DNA of 64,000 nt. Source: Gordius albopunctatus. Taxonomy: Eukaryota. The notes beneath the pieces are model-generated. The model was given only the letters and a program-made list of their open reading frames with translations, had not been told where the DNA came from and searched no databases. Location of the stretch: the NCBI GenBank assembly GCA_964276515.1, contig OZ193909.1:19778001-19842000 (forward strand). Direction: 5' to 3'. Positions 39,387 through 52,593 of the stretch are shown in pieces. Within the stretch, counting starts at the first letter, position 1. Every line of letters begins with the position of its first letter. A program made the translations under genes and the position numbers.

Positions 39387-42300
39387 GTCAGTACTTTCAG
39401 CATTCGTTTCCATTTGTTTCTATGTTTATATAGATCTTTCTTTGTCTTGTGGATTTTCATATCATGCCGTATTTTATGAATCCATGTAAGCTTGGGTCTT
39501 CCTCTCCTTCGTTTTCCTGCGAAATTTATCAACTCGATTTTCTTTCCTACGTAGCTATTGTCCCTTCTTTTGACATGGCCATACCATCTTAGTCTATTTG
39601 TTAGGAGCTTTGTCGCAATTGACGTAGTACCCAAAATTCTTCTTATTTCTTCATTTCGCCTATCGTCCTTTTTGCTTACTCCTAGCACCCATCTTAGCAT
39701 TCTCATATGCATGGCTGCAAGACGTTGCTCTTCTCTTTTACTATGATTCCGAGCTATACAGGACTGTTGGCTGTATGATGGATTTATACAGTGTGCCTCT
39801 TAGTCTTCTCGGGATGTTTTTGTCACACAGAACACCTGTCAAGTCCCTCCACTTGAGCCATCCAGAATTTATTCTTGCTTGAATTTCTTTATCCATCCAA
39901 CCATCCGATTGAAGTGTTGATCCTAAATATTTGAAGGAATCCACGCTTTGAGTTGCTAATCGCCTAAAGTAAGGGATGCACTTTGCTGGTTTTCATCCGA
40001 TTTAAATTTTGTCTTCATGTATTGTGTTTTCTTTCGATATACCTTGAGGCCATTTTCTTCTATTGCATTTACCCACCTATTTACAGTATTAGCCAATTCT
40101 TGTTCACTTTTGGCACAGAGGATTATATGGTCTGCAAAGATCATTGCCCAAGGAACTTCCTCGCCCAAGTCCTTGGTAATATTATCCATTATCATTATGA
40201 ATAGGAAGGGACTAAGAGCTGAACCTTAATGGACTTCAGTGTTAATGGCAAAGCCCTTTGTAGTCCCCACCGATGTTCTAACGTACGTCCTATTTCAGTT
40301 GTACATATCTTTTATTGCTTTGACGTATACTTCTGGCACATTGTTTTCTTCAAGACATTTCCAAACTAAGTTAAGAGGAACTTTATCGAACGCTTTTTCT
40401 AGATCGATGAAACACAAGTGCAAATCCTCTTCCCTCTCTTTAAACCATTCCATTAATCTTCTAACACTGTTTAGGGCGTCTGCTGTAGACCTCTCCGGCA
40501 TAAATCCGAATTGGTTATCTTGAATTTGAACCAAACTCCGAAGCCGTTTTTCGATTACTTTTTCCCACACCTTGAAAGTGTGACTCATAAGCTTTATCCC
40601 TCTGTAATTGTTGCAATCCTGAATGTCCCCTTTCATCTTGTATATCGGGATAATGTAGCTATCCCTCCACTCGTTAGGTATTACACCCGTTTTCAAGATA
40701 TTGTTGAAAAGGTTGGCGAGAAATTGTGCACCAGTATTGCCTAACGCTTTGAAGCCCTCTATTGGTATATTATCGGGTCCAAGGGCTTTTCCTGACTTTA
40801 GTTTACCCATAGCAACTTCGACTTCCGTTTCCGTGATCCAGTCCGCTGTGTTTTATTCTCCTATTGTGTTTTCCTGCTTAGTGTCTTCGATTACAGGCCC
40901 TTTTCAATTGATAAATCGCTATAATAGTCTTACCATCTTTGTTGTATATAGCTGTCGTGTGTTAGTATTTCTCCCTTTTGACCCTTGATTAGCCGGCATT
41001 CTAGGTAATCTTTAGAATTTTGGGCTCTGGACTTTGCGATTTTGTAGATCAATCTTCCTCGTTCCTTTGAGTTGAGTTTTACATTTATATCGTCGTACAC
41101 CTTGTTTTTAGCTATCTTTTAGCTACTTGGTAAGCTTGCTTATCATTACTATCCTTGCTTTTATACCAAACTTTGTACAATCTCTTCTTTTCCTTAATAC
41201 ATTTTTGCACTTCTTCATTCCACCACAACGTCTTCTTGAGAATTCTTTTAGTGGGCTTGCTTTCACCTAGCATTTGTCGTCCCGCTTTTCGCATTGTGCC
41301 AGCTATACCATTCCATTGACACATGAAGTATTTTCCTTAAATTCAGCATGTTTAATTACCTTTTCCTTAAATTCAGCATGTTTAATTACCTTTTCCTTAA
41401 AATATTGAATATTATCTTTTAGTTTCCTCCATTGTATAGTAGCGGCTACTCTTTGTACCTTTTGCCCTTTAAGGCCCTTTAGTATAAAGTCCATCACCAA
41501 CAGCTTGTGTTGGCAGGCCAATATTTCACTCGGTATTACCTTAACATTTTGAACATACTTTAAGTGCGCTCTGTTGACTAGAAAAAAATCTATCTGAGTG
41601 GTACGGCTGCCGCTTTTGTACGTTATAAGATGTTCCTGTCTGATTTTTAAGAAGGTTTTTCCTATTTCTAGGTCAAAAGCTTGAGCAATTTCTAGAATTT
41701 CCGTACCTCCTTCATTTCTTAGGTCGTAACCCCGACTACCGTGATTTCTTTCAAATCCTCCCCTTGATTTGCCTACGTGTCCATTGAGGTCCGCTCCGAT
41801 AATTATTATTCCCTCTTTACCCAATTGGGATAGAACATCTTTAAGCTCCTTCCAAAAACACTCTTTTTCCGTCTCAGAGCAACCACTTTGAGGGGTGTAT
41901 GCTGATATAACGTTTATCGTAGCAGATTTATAACAAAACTGTATCGCCATAATTCTGTCATTGATTCTTTTAACGTCGACGACAGTTTGCTGAAATTTTT
42001 CCGATAGCACTATACCGACGCCATTCCGGTGAGTTTCTGTACCGTAAAAATATAATTTGTATCCGTCCCCTATGTATTTTGCTTTTTGGCCCTTCCATTT
42101 GGTCTCTTGTATACACGCGATATCGATTTCTCTCCTCCTTAGAACGTCTGCCAATTCTCTGCTCTTGCTAGTCATTGTACAAATATTCCATGACCGCGCG
42201 TCGCTTAAGGGGAACGCCCTATGGTTTTCATTCTCCGTCTTTGTTGTAGTATACATTTTGGTTTATATGGAATGAGGGAGTATTGATATCCCGGCCTTCC

Positions 42301-42409
42301 AAGCCTGACGGAACTATGTTAGATTTTGGCGCTTGACTACCTACTATTCTTTTTGATGCAGCCATTTTGGTGAATTAAACTTTTCTTTAGACCACTCGTA
42401 TTGATAGGC
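39387..42409 (-). mobile_element. Second RTE family B copy, decayed and trimmed at both ends
   Basis: Collinear with 27955-31082; 30-bp tandem duplication at 41331-41400 (FKEKVIKHAE x2); ~90-bp deletion near 42195. Confidence 0.93.
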
Positions 42410-42410
42410 G

Positions 42411-43535
42411 TCAAGAGCGCGTACCGGATTTGCGGTGCGACGTGCTAGTGCGCGCACTTTTTTATAACGAAGAGCGAGTGCGGGTGCGCGCACCTGATTA
42501 AGTCTGTGCGGGTGCGCAATTGCGCTTCTGTTTTGCGCACATTAAGAGTTTTACAATTTATTAATTTATTCGAAATTGTATTATATCGCATATTTCACAA
42601 ACTAAATTTCTACTTATTTACTATATATAACATACATCTATGTTCCCGGTGGAGAAGATAACAAGGCAGGAAATTGGTTACTATCGATGGACAATAAAAA
42701 TTATCCAATGGCGATATTTTACATTATTCACGTATTTATTTTATCAATCAACGATTAATCTTTGCACTTTTGAACTCGTCGCTTAATAAATAAACTATAG
42801 AAAAACACTAAAACGATTGAAGTTAAAGTTTAATAAGATTAGAAATTTAAAAACACAGACAGTTAATTTGATTAAATAGAATATTCAAATAAAGATAATA
42901 TATTTAATTCAACGTTTTTTGGAATATTGTCATCTCCCGTTAATATCTTAATATTTCAAACACTTTTAGACCTATCTTTACTATCGTAAGTTTAATCACA
43001 TATAATGATCAAATTACAATTAATTTTCATTAAAATATATTAAATTAGTTAATTAATTTTAATTATTATTTTGTATTATTGTATTGGTTGTCATAGTACT
43101 CCTTATCCAATTTTTTACTCTTTTCTTTTCTCATTGCTTATATATAACACTTTAATATGATAGTGAGTTATGGAAATAGAAGAATCAAGCATAAATGTAG
43201 CAAGCACATCATGCATGAAAATTTTTTTGATTTCCAAAATATGCTAATATGTTTAAACTTAAAGATAATCAGCATAATACACTTAATTTTGAGGTGCAAT
43301 ATCTCTTATGCAATGCCAAACTCAAGACTTCTTATAGATCTTGTTTCAATTTGACTAGGCATCTAAAGGTAATCTTGTTACTTATTTTTTATTTAATAAT
43401 TAGGTAAATAAAAAATTTATAGAGATTTTGTTATAGTGCAATCAAATTTTATGTGCGGGTGCGAGTGCGCGCACCTTTAATACTGGTGCAAGTGCGAGTG
43501 TGGCACCGGTTTTTGAAGTGCGTTTAACAACTCTG
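42411..43535. mobile_element. Non-autonomous DNA transposon (hAT-like), left terminus unclear
   Basis: GTGCG/GTGCGCGCAC repeat clusters at 42430-42540 and 43452-43522 around an AT-rich core; right end CAACTCTG. Confidence 0.6.
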
Positions 43536-43537
43536 AT

Positions 43538-45389
43538 TGTAACGCTTGTTTCGCAAGCTTTCTTATAGGGCCTCTGAGCTCCTTTATTTGCATTTGGTTT
43601 TAGAAACTAATCGTTAAGTGACCTATTATTTGATAAATAGCTCGCGGTATATTACATTAAATTCACTTCTAATCCTTAATTGACTTAATCGTATTATTTT
43701 CTAAATATCTCGCGTATATTACATTAAATTCACTTATGCAATTTAACTTCATAAGCAATTGTTTGCGCTTACTTTTACTCGCATACACTCCTAAATAATT
43801 TATATTAAAATAAAGAATTTAATATTTGTTGACCTAACCTTTGTTACACGCAACGTTTAAAATGGATACCAGCCAGTATGATGACGCCTAAATAAAATCA
43901 GAAAACGCTATTTTTTATATTAATCACCTTTAATCGTTTAAATCCCCGCCTTTGGTTTCTCCAAATTGAGGCCCTCTTCACGATACGCCGGATAAGATCT
44001 AAGTCCAGCAAACTCGGATACTTGATTGAATCTCTCCCCCAGGAAGTCACAAACTAAATCCAAGATTTGTTGAAAAATTTACCGGTTGAAGCTCCGTACA
44101 CCACCATCCAGACAGCTATCATCGAGCGCATGACAAAGTCAGACTCAAAAATGTTCCACGACCTGTTATCCAACGTGCAATTGGGCGACCGTACACCATC
44201 CCAACCGTTTAGACATATAAAAGCCCTACTGGGTACTGCCAAAATGGATGACGCCATTTTAAAACAATTGTGTTGTATAAACTCTACAACAACATAGCCA
44301 GTATCTTGGCTATTTGTGCGGGTGGTTAAACTGTAAACTGGCAGGCTGAAACAGTGGATAAAATTGCTAAAACATACCATACCTTTCATATATCCAATCT
44401 CGTTCCTAAAACACATAATTCAAACAATAATATCGACAAGATCCGAGACAAGGTCAACAAACTCAGTGTAAGCATTTACACATTGCGACATGAGGTCAGT
44501 CGACAAAACCGTTTTAAGTCGAGGAGTCGGTCTTGTGCACACGTTTCCCATGATTGGTGCTGGTATAATCAACGATATAAGGAAAGGGCCACTAATTGTC
44601 AACAGCCTTGCAGCAATACTCCGCCTTCCGCGTCAAACTCATAGGCCTGCGAGAATCCGCGACACCTGGGTCAGGCCATAACACCAGTATTTTTTATTTA
44701 CGATATATCCACTAAATTTTGTTTTCTAATAAATACCGGTGCGGAACTCAGTGTTATACCACCCCCACGTAATTACCCTGTCACCCCCTCGCACATCCTC
44801 TTCTAAGCTGCTAATAACAGTTCCATATCAACCTATGGTTAAAAATCATTGGAACTAGACCTTAGCTTGCGGAGAAACTTTAAATGAATTTTTACGATCG
44901 CGGACTTAAAGACACCTATTATCGGGGCAGATTTTTTAAACAATTTTAATCTCCTCGTAGATATTCGTTTTAAATGTCTTTTACATCCTAAGACTACTTT
45001 AAACTCTTATGGGCGATATATTGGTTGGAATTTTTGCAATTTACAACTCGCAATAACAGTCGATCTACCTTATTTAAAAAATGTGTTGAAAGAGTTTTCC
45101 AAAATTTATGCTCCCCAAATTAAAAATCACAGCTAAGTCACCATATAATTTACCATATATACACAAGGGCCACCAGTACACGACAAACCTAGATGTCTAG
45201 ACCCTGCTAAACTAAAAATAGCTAAACATTAGTTTGATCACATGCTCAAACTCGGCATAATTAAACCTTCAGATAGCCCTCAGTGTTTCCCGCCTCACAT
45301 GGTTCCATAAAAACTTCAGGAGATAGGCGAACCTGTGTAAATTAACGATCCCTTAACGTTCTAACGATTCAGGATCGCTATCCTTTACC
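43538..45389 (+). mobile_element. Decayed CsRn1-like Gypsy 5' half (LTR, gag, PR, start of RT)
   Basis: 43845-45389 is collinear with 51755-53345; many stops; ends at a TAGAG hAT terminus. Confidence 0.9.
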
Positions 45390-45709
45390 TAGAGCCTTGC
45401 AAAACAAAATTTCTTCGGATCGAGCCCGGCCCACGCCCTACTTCTCAATTATCTTTCTCGAGCCCGACCCTAGCTCAAAACACTGTTTTTTATTTTTGTA
45501 CTGACTCCAGGCCGAGCCGACCTGATTTTTTAAATAAAACTTTTGAAATATATTATTTTAGAAAATTATTTCACCATCCAAATACAAAATACATTAGATT
45601 GTTATTACTCTTAATTTACATCTAGGATAAGTTTGAAATAAAAAATTCATTTTTACTCATAGTTTATTCAGCTAATAATTTAAAAATAAAAATCTAACTT
45701 TATAAAATA
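45390..45709. mobile_element. hAT terminal fragment
   Basis: TAGAGCCTTGC terminus and CGAGCCCG subterminal repeats; may be the 3' end of the minus-strand hAT at 57133-63075. Confidence 0.55.
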
Positions 45710-46764
45710 CTAGATAAGCCCGGCAAACGTTGTTTTGCCATATACATTATGTCTGACAAATTAACTAACTTACTATAAGTGTGTGGGGATATTTTTTGCA
45801 GAAGATTTATCTAAATTGTAGTTTTGTTTTACAATCGATGGAAAGTTAACGTAAATAACTAATTACAGGTAAAGAGTTTGTCGGGGAATGTAGGGGAGAG
45901 AAAACTTTTTATTTATTGTTTCCTGGGGGGTTGTTGATCTATCGGTTATATTTTCTTAACCACTTTTAAATAATACTTTTTTCATCATTCGCATCACTTT
46001 GTTATATATGGAAAAATTAAGACATAATTACGGTGGATAAATTTTATCTTTAGCGCCATATGTACATACTATAAAAAAATTTAAAATTATTTTAATAAAA
46101 AGTAAAAAATTTTAATAAGAAAATTTAAAACTACCAAAAAATTTTTTTAAAAACTCAACTAATAAAACTGGCAACAAAATTAATGAGCTGTCATTATTTT
46201 CACATGGCCATAGAAGCATATAATTTATTTGGGGACACGACCTTGAAAAAGTTATGTAATAACAATGTACATTATAAGAACGTATTATGTAAAAAAAATA
46301 CAAATGTCACACTTATGGGGGCGATGTGGGATCAAATAAGTCAGACAAATTATTAACATAAGTAAATTGGTTTGTCTTATTATATATACACTAAAAATAG
46401 TGGGTTCGTAAAATCCATGAAGTCATAAAATTCGTGCCCCATTTCAATATATAAAATATATACGTCTAATATTTATTTTTAATAATATTAAATCAATCCT
46501 ATAAATAAATAATACATATTTCCACTTATATTCTAACTTTCCTGACGTCATTATTGTATATGATGCTATAAACTAAACTGGCCGGGAAATGTCCGATATT
46601 TTTAAAACTAAAAGGAATTTTAGGATTCTGAAATAGCTATTTTACCCTTGGCCGTCCTGGGCACCTACGGCTAAATTTCCGCGCGAATCGGGCCGGTAGT
46701 TTCATAATTTAGTTCTTACATACATACACACATATATACATAGACTTTACTTTATATATATAGA
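45710..46764 (-). mobile_element. Complete non-autonomous Helitron (1055 bp)
   Basis: Minus strand A|TCTATATATATAAAG ... GGCAAAACAACGTTTGCC hairpin ... CTAG|T; inserted between A and T with no TSD. Confidence 0.88.
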
Positions 46765-46783
46765 TATTTTATTAAAGAGTTCC

Positions 46784-48863
46784 TGTTATGGGAGGGTAAA
46801 TCCTTATTTACTCCAGGTTTCGAAGCGATACAACTATAGCAAGTGAGTAAGACGTGTATATCAAACGCATATATACGTTACAAACAATTAACGATAATTT
46901 ATTTGAAAACACACGGCTAAATAACGACAATGCACAGGTAACTAACGTATCCCCGTAGGCCCTTCGCACTCCTATTACCTCTCTACAGTTCCCCCTTTTG
47001 ACAGACAAAATCCTTACGGAATTCTGGCGGTTTCCGACTACGCTGTGGGTATCTAGGTTCTTCCCTAGGCGTTCCTAACTGGTTTTGAATTTGTTCCCTT
47101 GTAGCACTTGTTCTTCTATTTTGTCTTTGTTCCCTTGGAGCACTTGTTCCCTCTTCCCTTTCTGATTATATTCTTTGTGGTCACCTGTTCTCTTGTCCTA
47201 GAGTGGTCCAAACCAGGATTTTCCGTTTCCTTACTTGATCCACGTGTCAGTGGTGCTTTCTTCCCTCTACCCATACATCGTAGAAACGGCTACCGTGCTT
47301 GGCTTTTATCGTGCCTTCTACCCATTTGCTTAGACCCTAAAACATGCGTACCCAAACCAAGTCTCCTACGTTGAACATTCGCGGGTTACCGGTCTCTACA
47401 CATTGTTGTGGTACGGTTTGCATACGCCTTTTTAGCATTACCTCTGCCGGGCTTTTATTGGTTGCTGGGTGTTTTGTAGATCTGTAGTTTTCCAAAAATC
47501 TACTTCGCCCTCCTTCCGACTCGTTCCTCATTGCTTGCAGATTTGCCCCTTTCTACACCGTCACCCGTCGAACCCTATCTTCGACGTGCCTATTGGTTAC
47601 GAACGGCTATTTTACGGTCTTCTCCTCGACGAAATTCACTATGAAGCGCTCCATGGCGGTTCGCGAATTCCATTTGGCTAGCTCCCATACGTCTTTTCTC
47701 AACTCTTTTATCCAGTTCGTTCCGAGTAAAGGCGGTCCCTTTACATCCACTACCAACAGCGGCAGGCGTTTTCGGGTAGGACCTAGACGGACCTCGACTA
47801 TTACGTCCCCGATAATCTTTATCTCCTTGCCGCCGAACGCATATACGGAAGATCACGGGTTTTTTCGCACCAGTAAGCGCTCCTTCCACAAGTTGACCGA
47901 CACGATTGTAACGGTGGAGCCCGTATCCATAAGAAAAGTTGTCAAGGTGTTATTAACATATAAATCAATAATCAAAATATCTAATGCATGGCCGAACCTG
48001 GTCATACTCGGGCCCGTCCTCGTTGCTTCGACCGCAAATGCCTCGTCCACTGGCTGGTGCATTGTCCTTAGGCCTTAGACGATTGCCTCTCGATCTAGGG
48101 CGATCTCCACGGCCTGGTCCCATTTGAAATCCCTTTCGGCTATCAACGAAGCTTGCACCGTTGGGTCGTGGAGTCCTAGAATCAGCTGATCGAGCATCCT
48201 GGCCGATAATTCCCCAGACTGAAAACCGCAGTCTTTTGATGTTTCCTTTAGTCTGCAAATATATCGCATGAGTTCTTCCCCCGTCATTTGTCAAATATTT
48301 CCAAAAATAAATCTTTGTGCAAGCGGGCAGGTCTGCCCCTTAAATGCTTTCTTCACTCTCATGGTCGCTTCTTCGAACGACCACTCGGTAGGGTTATCCG
48401 GGTACGCGTCGTCCGCAATAACCCTAAACGCCGCCGCCGATAAGGCACTTAGCAACCTGTACGTTTTCTGGGTATCGGATAACGTCCCTGATTGTTCCTT
48501 GATGCTGGCCTGGAATTGCATTAGAACTGTTTCAATAGAATCTCCCATTCTGAATAATTCCATGTCCTTTCTAACGATTATTGAATTAGCAATGCTTCAA
48601 TAGAATATCCCCCTATGAATAATTCCCCGTAGATTCTAACGCTTTCGGCATGACGCGACTGTTATGGAAGGGGAAATGTTCATTTACTCCAGGTTTCGAA
48701 GCGATACAACAATAGGAAGTGAGTAAGACGTGTATATCAAACGCATATATACGTTACCACCAATTAACGATAATTTGATTGACAACACACGGGTAAATAA
48801 CGACAATGCACAGGTAACTAACGTATCCCCGGAGGCCCTTCGCATTCCTATTACCTCTCTACA
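46784..48863 (-). mobile_element. Internally deleted Gypsy LTR element (gag, protease and integrase tail only)
   Basis: 204-bp TG..CA LTRs 46784-46987 and 48660-48863; TSD GTTCC; gag-like ORFs 48563-48075, FLMDTGS, YRSTKHPATNKSPAE; no RT or RH. Confidence 0.9.
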
Positions 48864-49546
48864 GTTCCAAATAAAAAAATTTTGAAATATTGACCTATTT
48901 TACTATGAATATATTAATACACTAGAATAAGATTTGCAATTCAGGTCAGTTATATTATAAAAGACTGAATAATAAGCTGAAGTTTGGAAGCTATATAATG
49001 TATGCTGTGCGAAGATAATTCTTTAATATCGAGTTGAGTTTATTTTACGCCTGTGGATTTCTAATCGAATATTTTAAGATTCGGATTCAAATTTTCTTTC
49101 AAAAAAATATTCGATTCGAGATTCGTCTAATATTAAAATGAAGATTCGAATTCGATTCGAAAAAAATTTAAAGATTCGAATTCGATTCAAACATGTTTTT
49201 TAAATATCTAATTCGAGAAAACTTCAGCCTTTTGTATGTATGACGTCATTATTGTATATGCTGCTATAAATTAAACTGGCCGGAAAATGTCCGATATTTT
49301 TAAAACGAAAAGGTATTTTAGGATTCTGAAAAAGCTATTTTACCCCTGGTCATCTACGGCTAAAATTTCGCAAGAATCGGGCCGGTAGTTTTAGAATTAA
49401 GCTATTTTTTAAAACTAAAAGGCCCATATTTTTAAAACTAAAAGGAATTTCAGGATTCTGAAAAAACTATTTTACCTCTGGCCGCCCTGGGCATCTACGG
49501 TTAAACTTTCGCTCGAATCGGGTCGGTAGTTTCAGAATTTAGCCCT

Positions 49547-49587
<41 letters not shown>

Positions 49588-51774
49588 CGGGTGACCCGAC
49601 CCAACCCGACGCCCGGGTCGGGTCGGTTTCGAGTTGAAAATTTTAAAATACCATCGGGTCGGGTTGTAGATTTTATAATATTTTCGGGTCGGGTCGGGTT
49701 CGGATTGAAAAATTAAAAACGCTTTCCGGTCGGGTCGGGTTGAAGGTTATAAATCTTATATTGCATAACAAACATATCTTTCAAATTAATGCTATTACAT
49801 ATAAAACATTTTTTAATTAATATCGAAATGTATCATTAATTAATCTCATTCATTCATTTAATTGATTTCCTTGTATTTCGCTTCTTATTTTTGTATTTGG
49901 CCAATTTCAAACTCAACATAGGTAAAATATATAATAAATATAATATTTATTATTAATTAAGTGAATTATTATGGATCCACATAAATTACAGAAGCTGATT
50001 GACAATAAAATCTATAGAGTGGAAAAGAATTTGGTGGGTAAATCCAAGGTTTGGCAATTATTTAATTTCATATATGACGAAAATGACAAGAAAATAGACT
50101 TTGTTAGATGCTCAACCTGTTATGCTATATACAAATATGGTGTAACTTTAACAGATAATATATCATATTAATTTAAAAAGTTACTACTGTTATGTTATTA
50201 GCCATTATTTTTCTAATTTTTGTACTTCATTTCAAATTGCTCATTTGCTTATTAAATTTTCATGTGCACTTTGATATTTAAACATATCTAACATCAAAAA
50301 GTGCTATATATTTAATGTTTTTTGTCTGAAGATGGTATATAAATAAAATATAAAAAGATAAAAAATTTTCAAGTGGTCCCAAATAAATAAACATTAAATA
50401 TTAGTTTGAGGAGTTTATACTTTATAGTTAATATCATCGTAGGATTTAATAGACTAATAGCTAAGGTCTGTTTATAGAGTGTTAGTGTTTATGGTATATT
50501 ATATTTAACTTAGGAACTAATCATCTAAGGAAACATGTGTGTCAGATAAAAAAAAAGATCAACATTCTTCGGATGGTTTTTTGGAAATGAATCAACCCCC
50601 TATGAAAATCAAAGATTCCTATAAGATAAAAAAAGATCTCACAGCCAAAATTGTGGATTTCTGTGCAAAAGATCTTACATCTTTTGCATCAATCCATGGT
50701 GATGGATTTATTGCTTTATGCTCCTACTTAATTTATATTGGGAGCAAATATGGCAATATTTCTATCTCTGAGATATGTCCAAATCCAACAACAATATCGA
50801 GGAATATGCTGGATAGGGTTAATGAGTTAAGGGCCTTTTAAGGCGCTTGAATCCCAGAAGCGCCTTAATTGTGCTTGCCATTTATTAAATACAGTGTTGA
50901 GAAAAACTTTCGATGAGGAAGTGTTGAAGAAAGATTTCTTGGAAATTTACAATTGTCTAAAAGACACTAAACTTTTAGTTACGTATATGAAACAGTCTGG
51001 GTATAACATTTATTTATATTAATTAGACGCTCATAATTTTATTTTAGCTTGATTAATAGATTAGATATAAAATTACATGGTTATGTAGAGACGCAGTGGA
51101 ATAGCTGTCTTAAAATGCTAGACTCGGTGTTGAAGAATTATGAAGAGGTCGAAACGCTTTTGACCTCTACCGGGGACTCTTCAAAGATAAAATGTATTGA
51201 AATTTATATGCTTGATGAGTTTACAAAGTTCTTAATGCCATTCAATATGGCAATTACAGAACTTGAGGCTGACAAGGCCCCAACTTTAAATAAAGTCCTT
51301 TTATATTTTTACAAATTAAATCATTTCACCAAAAATTACGATATTAAATCATAACTACATGGTCTTGCTAAAAGGTGCAAGCAAATATTAAATAAAAAAT
51401 TCGATCAAGATAGGTACTACTGTTGCGTCCTATACCTCGCGGAGGTGTTGCGTCAATTAACTTAATTGTCTAATTTACATTACCTTACTACTTTACGACG
51501 TTAAATTGATTTATTTATACCTCGCGTAATTGATTTATTTATAGACACCACTAAACTTGATTGATTTATTCAATTAATTCACGAGTATATAAAAGGAGTT
51601 TAAAACTCTTTTTACTCACTTACTTTTCTTCCAACGATTTAATTTATATTACACAATAAAGTAATTATTACTTTATTCTACATAACCTCACTTGTCGAAA
51701 TTGGTGACCCACTCTTGTTATACGCCTCCTTCTACCCTACCCTTACCCAACCCTTGTTATACGCAACCTTGTAA

Positions 51775-52593
51775 ATGGATACCAACCAAGTTGATGACGT
51801 CCAAATTAAATCGGAAAACGCTATGTTTTTCAAATTACCCCCCTTCAATCGTATAAATCCCCGCTTATGGTTTGTCCAGATAGAGGCCCTTTTCACGATT
51901 CGACGAATAACATCTGAGTCTAGCAAACTTGGATACGTGATTGAATGCCTCCCACAAGAAGTCACAATAGAGATCCAAGATTACTTGGAGAATCTACCGG
52001 CTGAGGCCCCGTACACTACCATCCGGTCAGCTATCATCGACCGCACAACAAAATCGGACTCAGCACGATTCCACGACCTACTGTCCAACGTGGAATTGGG
52101 CGATCGTACACCCTCACAACTCTATAGACACATGAAAAGCCTCCTAGGTACCGCCAAAATGGACGACATCATTTTAAAACAACTGTGGTTGGAAAAACTG
52201 GACAACAACATGGCCAGCATCTTGGCGATCTGTGCAAGTGACCAGACGTTAGTCAAGCTAGCTGAAACAGCTGATAAAATCGCGGAAACGTACCATACGC
52301 CGCAAATATCCAACGTCGTCCCTGCCACACAGAGATCCCGCAACGATATTGAGACGCTCAGAGACATGGTCAATAAACTGAGCGTGAGCATCGAGACATT
52401 ACGGCAAGAGGTCAGTCAAAAAAATCGTTTTCGGTCGAGAAGTAGGTCTACATCAAGGCGATTTCGATCCCCATTTCAACCCCACGCAGACGTTCCCCAG
52501 GATTGGTGTTGGTATCACCAAAGATATAAGGAAAAGGCCACGAAATGCCGACAACCTTGCAATTATATCCCGATTTCCTCGTCAAACCCATAG
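51775..52593 (+). CDS. gag: Gag (CsRn1-type, CWYH..C..C motif)
   Basis: [45 protein letters not shown]. Confidence 0.93.
   Translation: MDTNQVDDVQIKSENAMFFKLPPFNRINPRLWFVQIEALFTIRRITSESSKLGYVIECLPQEVTIEIQDYLENLPAEAPYTTIRSAIIDRTTKSDSARFHDLLSNVELGDRTPSQLYRHMKSLLGTAKMDDIILKQLWLEKLDNNMASILAICASDQTLVKLAETADKIAETYHTPQISNVVPATQRSRNDIETLRDMVNKLSVSIETLRQEVSQKNRFRSRSRSTSRRFRSPFQPHADVPQDWCWYHQRYKEKATKCRQPCNYIPISSSNP

Noticed and set aside
46988..46992. TSD GTTCC equals the 5 nt inside the left LTR boundary
   Set aside because: Probably coincidence with the PPT; the outer TSD pair is intact.
49075..49220. ATTCGA repeats as a CRISPR-like or regulatory array
   Set aside because: Irregular short motifs typical of DNA transposon subterminal repeats; eukaryotic context with no spacers or cas genes.
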